From: a virus
Taxonomy: Duplodnaviria > Caudoviricetes
Length of the DNA stretch: 24,555 bases
Direction: 5' to 3' (one strand)
Virus record (IMG/VR): IMGVR_UViG_3300006120_000747
Location: 1-24,555 of that record
Shown here: in pieces, positions 18,735-24,555 of the stretch
Layout of the letters: each line of letters starts with the position of its first letter
How positions within the stretch are numbered: position 1 is the first letter of the stretch
Made by a program: the position numbers and the translations under genes
The notes under the pieces: model-generated
Databases searched by the model: none
What the model was told of the DNA's origin: nothing
Seen by the model: only the letters and a program-made list of their open reading frames with translations

Positions 18735-18768
18735 AATAATTCTCCATGTTACTTACATTATATAATAA

Positions 18769-19029
18769 TTACAGAGTTTTTCCTACTGTTTCTAAGATTG
18801 TTTCCAACAACTCATGATCCTGTTTTTCTCGACCAAATTCTGCTTTATGCGCCAATTTGATAGCTTTTTTAAGAATAGACGGTTTAATTTCGAGTTCTTC
18901 AGCTATGGCTTTGATTGTGTCATTAAGCCCGCCTTGTAGTGTTTCAATTTCGTGCGTTACCTGCATACCTTCATTGATAATTTGGATAAGTTTGAGTTTT
19001 TGATCGCCGTTAAAAGTTTTGTCTGACAT
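18769..19029 (-). CDS. Small dsDNA-binding protein (T4 DsbA/GapR-like)
   Basis: 86 aa helical protein, I..I...EI..L...L.D.IKAIAEELEIKPS.LKKAIKLAHK; AGGAG SD. Confidence 0.6.
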   Translation of the reverse strand: MSDKTFNGDQKLKLIQIINEGMQVTHEIETLQGGLNDTIKAIAEELEIKPSILKKAIKLAHKAEFGREKQDHELLETILETVGKTL

Positions 19030-19049
19030 AGGTTCTCCTGTTAGTTTTT

Positions 19050-19078
19050 ATTATACAGCAAAAATAGAGCAAAGTCAA
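19050..19078 (-). promoter_or_regulatory. sigma70-type promoter (TTGACT-17 bp-TATAAT) for the dsbA-like/polymerase unit
   Basis: -35 at 19078-19073, -10 at 19055-19050. Confidence 0.8.
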
Positions 19079-19088
19079 TAACAAAAAT

Positions 19089-19175
19089 GCTCACTTTGTA
19101 GTCCACGGTAGCGAATCGCTTTCTACGCCCAGCAGCCGGGCACACCTCGCAACTAGTGCGGTCCTAAGGGTGTTC
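19089..19175. ncRNA. Candidate structured RNA, family not recognised
   Basis: GC-rich intergenic island with five short complementary pairings in three abutting units (detailed in findings). Confidence 0.5.
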
Positions 19176-19176
19176 T

Positions 19177-19827
19177 TTATCTTCCGGCCGCAGCTAATGC
19201 GGCTCCGTTATTGAAACTTCTACTCCATGATGCGGCCTGAATATTGCCGCGATCTTTTGACCAACGATATCCTGCACGATGTCCTGAGCAGTCTTTGGTA
19301 CACGGAGATCCTAAAAAACTCAGCTCATGCAATTGTTCAGTTTCAAAGTCTAAAAATGTATTGGCAAACATGTGGCACAGTTCATGTATCTTGGGATTCT
19401 TGGTACATTCAATATGAAACTTTTTGTGCTTGTAGCTGTCACTGTGCACCTGTGTGGGATCTTCAAAGCCACAATACACTTTGCGTACAGGACTGTTGTC
19501 AATGAGTTCAGTACAACTGGGACCGTCTCTTTGAGGCATGGGTTCACTGCAGGGACTGCAAGTTGTAATGATAATACTACCCGGGGGTATGCTACCGTGC
19601 TCACGTTCATATTTTTCCATGGCTGCCATTTCACCATGTACTCTATTGCTGCCTCTGAAATAATTCACTGCTTTGACCAGATTGTTGTTGGGATCCAGTA
19701 CGGCAGCTGCAACCATACCATAGTAATCAGTATCACGTTGTTGTCCTGCAATCACAAGTTCGCATAACTCAACTAAAATTTTGTCTAGTTTGTCATGGTT
19801 ACGAATTTCAAAATCTGAGGCTTTCAT
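19177..19827 (-). CDS. Zn-dependent nucleotide/nucleoside deaminase (CDA fold) with a short C-terminal Cys/His module
   Basis: VAAAV, HGE (HxE), TCSPC...C, VRKVY; tail LSFLGSPCTKDCSGHRAGYRW...SFNNG. Confidence 0.75.
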   Translation of the reverse strand: MKASDFEIRNHDKLDKILVELCELVIAGQQRDTDYYGMVAAAVLDPNNNLVKAVNYFRGSNRVHGEMAAMEKYEREHGSIPPGSIIITTCSPCSEPMPQRDGPSCTELIDNSPVRKVYCGFEDPTQVHSDSYKHKKFHIECTKNPKIHELCHMFANTFLDFETEQLHELSFLGSPCTKDCSGHRAGYRWSKDRGNIQAASWSRSFNNGAALAAAGR

Positions 19828-19832
19828 AATAT

Positions 19833-19839
19833 TATTTAT
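19833..19839 (-). promoter_or_regulatory. Late-promoter-like ATAAATA
   Basis: 5 nt upstream of ATG 19827; no SD. Confidence 0.55.
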
Positions 19840-19848
19840 TTGATATTT

Positions 19849-20652
19849 TTAACAGTAATTCAAAATATAATTTGCAAAAAGTTTGTGTCCTTCTGGAGTT
19901 GGATGTTTATACCCAGGAATCTGTATGTTATATTTGCTACTTTCAAGCAATTCCATTCTTTTTTCAGCTAATTCAAGTACTTGTAATAATTCTTTTTTGT
20001 TAGAACTGTCAATGAAATTTTCAAGATGCTCTAATACCATTGATAAAAAAACACAGTTATTGCTAAATGGGTTATCAATCAAAACTTCTAGCCAACTATG
20101 GCACAACATAGATGATTTTAAATTGTAATATGTGTCGTTGACATATGTACGGGCTGTTATCAATTTGCATCGTTTGTCCCAGGCACAGGATAAAATATAA
20201 TTTTCAACTTGTTTGCTGAGTTCACTGACTAAATTATTAATATTTTTAAATTTGGTTCCTTTATAAAATACCAACTCTCTTCCTACTTCTGTTAGTACAA
20301 TAACAATGTAAATTTTATTGTAAGGTAATGTTTTTAAAACATCATTCAATCTCACGGCTTGCTCTGCCATCCATAAATTACTCATAGCTGGTAAAGAAAT
20401 GTTGATCCAGTCTGCCTGCAACATTTGACTCAGTTGATTACCAAACACGCTGTCTACTCTGAATTTGTTGATTTGATCTGAGTTTGAATTTTCTGGCAAT
20501 AGATGCCATAAAGAACCCCCAAACGACCAACTATCTCCAATAGTGACTACCAGCGATGATTTATCTCTGTACACACTATCGAATGTATTATGTTTTAAAA
20601 ATGGTTTGGTGGTACCAGTACGGTAATCAAAAATTTTATTTAAATTTAACAT
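19849..20652 (-). CDS. SGNH/GDSL hydrolase-like protein
   Basis: TIGDSWSFG, NISLPAMSN, C-terminal HPTPEGHKLFANYI; visibly AT-rich. Confidence 0.7.
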   Translation of the reverse strand: MLNLNKIFDYRTGTTKPFLKHNTFDSVYRDKSSLVVTIGDSWSFGGSLWHLLPENSNSDQINKFRVDSVFGNQLSQMLQADWINISLPAMSNLWMAEQAVRLNDVLKTLPYNKIYIVIVLTEVGRELVFYKGTKFKNINNLVSELSKQVENYILSCAWDKRCKLITARTYVNDTYYNLKSSMLCHSWLEVLIDNPFSNNCVFLSMVLEHLENFIDSSNKKELLQVLELAEKRMELLESSKYNIQIPGYKHPTPEGHKLFANYILNYC

Positions 20653-20703
20653 TTATTGTGTTGATACAAAGTGACCACTGTGTTAACTTTAATCAATTTT
20701 TGA

Positions 20704-23070
20704 TTAGATCACCTGGGTCCAACTGGTAATGGTAGGATCATGAAAAATTTCATCCAGGTAATCTTGGCATTCCCAGATGTCTTCTTCTGCAAAGTCAAAT
20801 TTATCATAGGCACCAGTGGCCTCAGCCACTTTTCTAAGGTATTCTACTATGGCATCTTCGCCGGCTTCTTTTAATGCAGCTCTGACTTCAGGTTCTACTC
20901 GAGCCAAGATTCTCAGTCCCCATAGTGCCGCACCACCCCAACTGCTGTCAGCATCAAATTTTTGCACAGGAGCATCACGATACCAGTCTGGTGCATCTGC
21001 CAAGGGATCTGGGCCCGGAGTGTCAACCTTATTGGCCAGGCTTTGATTCATGAATCCCACAAACTTGGGATCAGTGGCTTCCTTGACCTTGCCTTTGGGG
21101 AATCTTTCACGCAGTAGTTTTTTGATCATGGCCTGTGTGCGTGGATCTGTGGGAGGCAGTTGTTCTTTTCTACGCAAGAAGAATCCCACTGTGATACCGC
21201 TGTCGCCTGAAATTGTGGCCACGCCCGGAGGGTAATCTGTTGACAACAGTTTTTTCAACACCGCAACATTGGGCGGTAGCATGACCACTGTTTCAAATTC
21301 ACTCACAGGCAAAGCACGGCTTTGGTCTTTTCTTGATTCATTTTTAAATTTATTCACAATAGCAGCCTGTGCAGCGGCACTGTTGGCAGTGATGGTCATT
21401 GACTGTGCATATGCCGGTTTCCAGGCACTGCCAGTGGCTTCCCAAAAAGCTCGTTCGGCAAGACGTGTCATATTACGTCCTTGCTTGTAGCGCTGTATGT
21501 CCATGACCAAGATGGGCATGCCTTTGGTTCTCAAATAATTGATCAGCTGATCGTCCTTGGCACCCCGCCCTATTACGTTTTCAGGACCACTCACCAGTTT
21601 GGCCAACTTGGTCATGTATTCTTGGCGATACAAAGTGGGATCCGACGCTATGATCATGGCTCGAATAAATCGTCCCACAGAATTGTAAATGCCGGCCAAG
21701 TCTGCCAGATAGTTGCCGCCGGCATGACGAAAGCTGAAATATTTGCCGTTGTTGCTGATGCTGTCCATGTGTCCTCGGGTGGCATCCCGAGCAATATTAC
21801 TCAGCTTGTTCATGTCAATTTGCACAGTGGTACGTGGCTGACCAGTCACACTGAGTTTTTTGTTAGCAGTTTTTACATCAATGGCACCGGTGGCGTGTTG
21901 TTGGAGTCTTTGCAGTACACTTTGAGCATAGCGACTGTCTTCGCGACCAAAGTATTTGAGCACATACTGATCTCCCAGGAACACTGCCAACTTCAGTACA
22001 TCCAACCGACCTGGTATGCTGACATTGATGTGCAGGCCTGTGGTTGAGTTGGTGTACAAGTTGAGAGTTTGAGCTAGGCCATAAAAGTTTTTCAGCGCGG
22101 TCACAGCTTCCATGGCTGGCATGGGCGGACTCACAATTTCACAGCTGACATCGTTGCGATCGTTGGCTTCAAGACTGCCGTCGGGTTCAATGTACCAGTC
22201 GGTCATGTTCTTCTTGCTTTGATGATAGCTACGGAACACATTGACCTTGCGACCAGTCATGTTTTGCAGTGCAGGTACCAAAATATCCACTGCTTCTTTG
22301 TAGCCAGTGGGCGGCTCATCCATGTCGTCGTAGTCTGACTGTAACCACTCATCTAGATCCAAGGCTTGCCAGATCCGATTCATTGGCTGTTTGAGATCAA
22401 AATAGGCCATGAAATCGCCAGATATTTTGGCTGCTGTTCGAGAGATCTGATCACGGTCAACTATGCGTCCGGCATAGACAAAGCTCAGCAGTTCATCCCA
22501 GTCGTTGTCGGCGATTGCTTGAATACGTGAGCCTAACTGTTCAACTTCTCGTTTGTTGCTGTCATAGTACACACGACTACCAAATAGACGGAAAAATTCC
22601 AGTTGTTCCACCGGCGACAGATTGGTAGGAATTTGATTGTTTCTGTAGCTGCCGGCCATTTTTTGCAAGGATTTGGCTCGAATTTTTTCTGGAATTTGAT
22701 CAAACAGTGTTCGTATGCTGACCAATCTCTCACGGCTCATGACTTCGGCTGCAGATTGCATGTCTGTGTAGCCGTTCACAGGTTGGCGGAATTCAAAATA
22801 CTGGTCAAAATCTTTGGGTGTCAGAGTTTCAAGATCAGCGCTTTCAAGGAACTGAGTGATTGCATGATCAAATTCTTTGAGTCGCTCTGCGGAATTGTCC
22901 ACCTGAGATTGTGCAGCATCAAGGGTGGCTTCGGGCATGTGCACTTCAAATTCAAATCCTACCAACACACCTTTGGCCTGGCCTTGTTCAACTGCACGGT
23001 CAAATTCCGTGGGTGTCATGGCCACTTCGTCTATGGCAACAGATTCGGGTAAAAAGTCGTAGAGTTTCAT
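20704..23070 (-). CDS. Putative amidoligase (COOH-NH2 ligase, glutamine-synthetase-like fold) with C-terminal extension
   Basis: GFEFEV, WYIEPDGSL, CEIVSPP, TNSTTGLHINVS, KY.SFRHAGG. Confidence 0.8.
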   Translation of the reverse strand: MKLYDFLPESVAIDEVAMTPTEFDRAVEQGQAKGVLVGFEFEVHMPEATLDAAQSQVDNSAERLKEFDHAITQFLESADLETLTPKDFDQYFEFRQPVNGYTDMQSAAEVMSRERLVSIRTLFDQIPEKIRAKSLQKMAGSYRNNQIPTNLSPVEQLEFFRLFGSRVYYDSNKREVEQLGSRIQAIADNDWDELLSFVYAGRIVDRDQISRTAAKISGDFMAYFDLKQPMNRIWQALDLDEWLQSDYDDMDEPPTGYKEAVDILVPALQNMTGRKVNVFRSYHQSKKNMTDWYIEPDGSLEANDRNDVSCEIVSPPMPAMEAVTALKNFYGLAQTLNLYTNSTTGLHINVSIPGRLDVLKLAVFLGDQYVLKYFGREDSRYAQSVLQRLQQHATGAIDVKTANKKLSVTGQPRTTVQIDMNKLSNIARDATRGHMDSISNNGKYFSFRHAGGNYLADLAGIYNSVGRFIRAMIIASDPTLYRQEYMTKLAKLVSGPENVIGRGAKDDQLINYLRTKGMPILVMDIQRYKQGRNMTRLAERAFWEATGSAWKPAYAQSMTITANSAAAQAAIVNKFKNESRKDQSRALPVSEFETVVMLPPNVAVLKKLLSTDYPPGVATISGDSGITVGFFLRRKEQLPPTDPRTQAMIKKLLRERFPKGKVKEATDPKFVGFMNQSLANKVDTPGPDPLADAPDWYRDAPVQKFDADSSWGGAALWGLRILARVEPEVRAALKEAGEDAIVEYLRKVAEATGAYDKFDFAEEDIWECQDYLDEIFHDPTITSWTQVI

Positions 23071-23074
23071 GTTG

Positions 23075-23081
23075 TATTTAT
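23075..23081 (-). promoter_or_regulatory. Late-promoter-like ATAAATA
   Basis: 4 nt upstream of ATG 23070; no SD. Confidence 0.55.
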
Positions 23082-23083
23082 TG

Positions 23084-23620
23084 TTATCTAATACCTATGC
23101 GCAGCAAGCTGGTGTACTCAGTTTCTGGATCTCGGAACTGATGATCGCCGTCATACAGTATGGTTTGTAAGGGGTATGAGTCAAAGTCCGGATCCACATC
23201 TGTGCGGCTTTGCAACACAACCATGACACCTCGAGGTATGTGATCAAACCAACCCTGATTTGGCATGTCGTGCACACTGCAATTTATGACCAGACCGTCT
23301 TGATCCAATTGCTGGTAGTTTAACTGATTGGCATCTTTGACCATGGATTCTATGCGATCTGCCACATGCATGTGTCTAGCAATGGCCTGACCTTGTGCCA
23401 CTCGATCAGGATCAATATCCACATTCACAATGTGATCATAATCAATTTGGCTCCGGGCCAGCAACAAACTCAAGTTTCCGTACCATGAACCCAAGATATA
23501 GACGGTACTGAATGAATCTTTGATCTTAGATAATTCACTGATCAACCACAGTTTGTTGAAGATCAACCCACGGTCAAAACTACCTGCAAGAGTGTCGGGT
23601 GTGAATTCTCGCAGTCTCAT
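23084..23620 (-). CDS. Class I SAM-dependent methyltransferase-like protein
   Basis: VYILGSWYG (motif I), VNVDID (motif II), KDAN, LVINCS. Confidence 0.7.
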   Translation of the reverse strand: MRLREFTPDTLAGSFDRGLIFNKLWLISELSKIKDSFSTVYILGSWYGNLSLLLARSQIDYDHIVNVDIDPDRVAQGQAIARHMHVADRIESMVKDANQLNYQQLDQDGLVINCSVHDMPNQGWFDHIPRGVMVVLQSRTDVDPDFDSYPLQTILYDGDHQFRDPETEYTSLLRIGIR

Positions 23621-24279
23621 TATGTGTATACCAAACTATCTATTCTTTTATAAGGAATATTAAATGCATTCATAAGCAATTCCACTTCTCGAAGGCATTG
23701 ATCCCTTGCACCACCTACAAGGTATGCACCGCTGAATCTTTTTAATTGTGCCACACTGGTCCAATTAACACTGATAGAATCATCTTCCATTTCTTGCATA
23801 GCACCCATAATCAAAGATTGTTGTGGTGTGCGTCGGTTAGATGCTGGAAATTGTAATTCTCTACTATCCGTTTTCTTTTGTTGATATAGCTCACGAATTG
23901 TGGCAATTATAACTGCAGGTTCAATTCCGTGGTCCATCCAACTACGCAAGTACCCATAACCTTTGTCTACAATTTCAAATCTATTCCAGTTTATTGCACT
24001 TTTGGGTGCGAAAGGATCTTCGTCCTGCCAATTTGGATCGTTCTGTGTTACAGTATCTTCCCAATAAGCCAACACATCGTCAAGACTGTCCAGACTAACT
24101 CCGGTCTGTTCGGCATTGATGAACATCAACACTGGACCAGTTTGTTTATTTACGAATTGGATAATTTGTGTGAATACAGAGTTTTCATTGCCGTCATTCA
24201 TTCCTGAATATTCAGGTTGAACATCTACTACAATAACAGGATGTGCCCGACCTTCGGCCAAAATCTCATGAGTTCTCAT
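23620..24279 (-). CDS. Isochorismatase/cysteine-hydrolase-like protein
   Basis: VIVVDVQ (catalytic Asp), DKGYG (Lys), LVGGARDQCL (Cys). Confidence 0.65.
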   Translation of the reverse strand: MRTHEILAEGRAHPVIVVDVQPEYSGMNDGNENSVFTQIIQFVNKQTGPVLMFINAEQTGVSLDSLDDVLAYWEDTVTQNDPNWQDEDPFAPKSAINWNRFEIVDKGYGYLRSWMDHGIEPAVIIATIRELYQQKKTDSRELQFPASNRRTPQQSLIMGAMQEMEDDSISVNWTSVAQLKRFSGAYLVGGARDQCLREVELLMNAFNIPYKRIDSLVYT

Positions 24280-24555
24280 TTTTTATGCCCACGGCGCATG
24301 TTGAGTTGCCAACGTGCTAACTGTCCTTTGCGACCCTTGGCATGTGAGGCCTTTTCTAATTCAGCCATTGTAGCGTGCTTGGGTATACCATGTCTAACGC
24401 TATCTCCGGGACGACCAGGACCTTTGCCATCCGCAAAGTTCTCCGACACACCTTGATTCTGGTGAGATTTTACAATTTTCACAGGCCTTTGGTTGATCAA
24501 AAAATCTGTGTTGAGCCATGCAGTACTTTCTACATCCCAGGCATTCATGAACACA
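24276..24555 (-). CDS. C-terminal part of a protein that starts beyond the window, ending in a basic Gly-rich module
   Basis: Frame open to the window edge; ends ENFADGKGPGRPGD...KGQLARWQLNMRRGHKK; ATGA overlap with the next gene. Confidence 0.7.
   Translation of the reverse strand, partial: VFMNAWDVESTAWLNTDFLINQRPVKIVKSHQNQGVSENFADGKGPGRPGDSVRHGIPKHATMAELEKASHAKGRKGQLARWQLNMRRGHKK

Noticed and set aside
19089-19175. tRNA, hammerhead or twister assignment for the structured element
   Set aside because: No T-loop or cloverleaf and no CUGAUGA core; GGUCCUAAG recalls twister but the rest of that architecture could not be built.
20653-20703. Imperfect inverted repeat (TTGATTAAAGT...ACTTTGTATCAA on the minus strand) as a terminator
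   Set aside because: AT-rich bulged stem with a long loop and no U-tract; too weak to call.
435-24279. Stop-codon reassignment: none of the accepted genes ends in TAG
   Set aside because: All genes are full length under the standard code with no in-frame TAG interruptions; low TAG use is common, so recoding is unsupported.
2206-24456. Many short alternative-frame and antisense ORFs in the track (e.g. 2206-2652, 16336-16782, 21481-22047, 22603-23052)
   Set aside because: They lie within well-supported genes and show no recognisable motifs; treated as shadow ORFs.
1-24555. CRISPR array, tandem repeats, transposase or integrase
   Set aside because: None seen by eye; intergenic gaps are too short for an array and no ORF has recombinase motifs.

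Overview
Gene-dense segment of a large T4-like (myovirus/jumbo-type) phage genome, almost all on the minus strand. Four blocks are visible. (i) Right, ~19.2-24.5 kb: probable late genes (cysteine-hydrolase-like, methyltransferase-like, amidoligase, deaminase) whose N-termini resemble the T4 capsid-targeting sequence. (ii) A replication core: DsbA-like DNA-binding protein, family B DNA polymerase (apparently starting at AUA) and sliding clamp. (iii) A tightly coupled operon running from the clamp into a TGT/DpdA-like base-exchange enzyme, a QueE-like protein lacking its Fe-S motif, a QueD-like protein with the DpdL LxxxHRHxF signature, a GT-B glycosyltransferase and a GalE-type epimerase, with folE at the left edge (missing from the ORF track). 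I infer a 7-deazaguanine DNA modification system that may be glycosylated and tethered to the clamp. (iv) An island of tailoring enzymes (B12 radical SAM, two Fe-dependent oxygenases, PLP enzyme, acyltransferase) plus an inverted TctC/Bug + acyl-CoA ligase cassette. A compact structured RNA candidate lies at ~19089-19175. All calls come from motif recognition by eye; no database searches were run.
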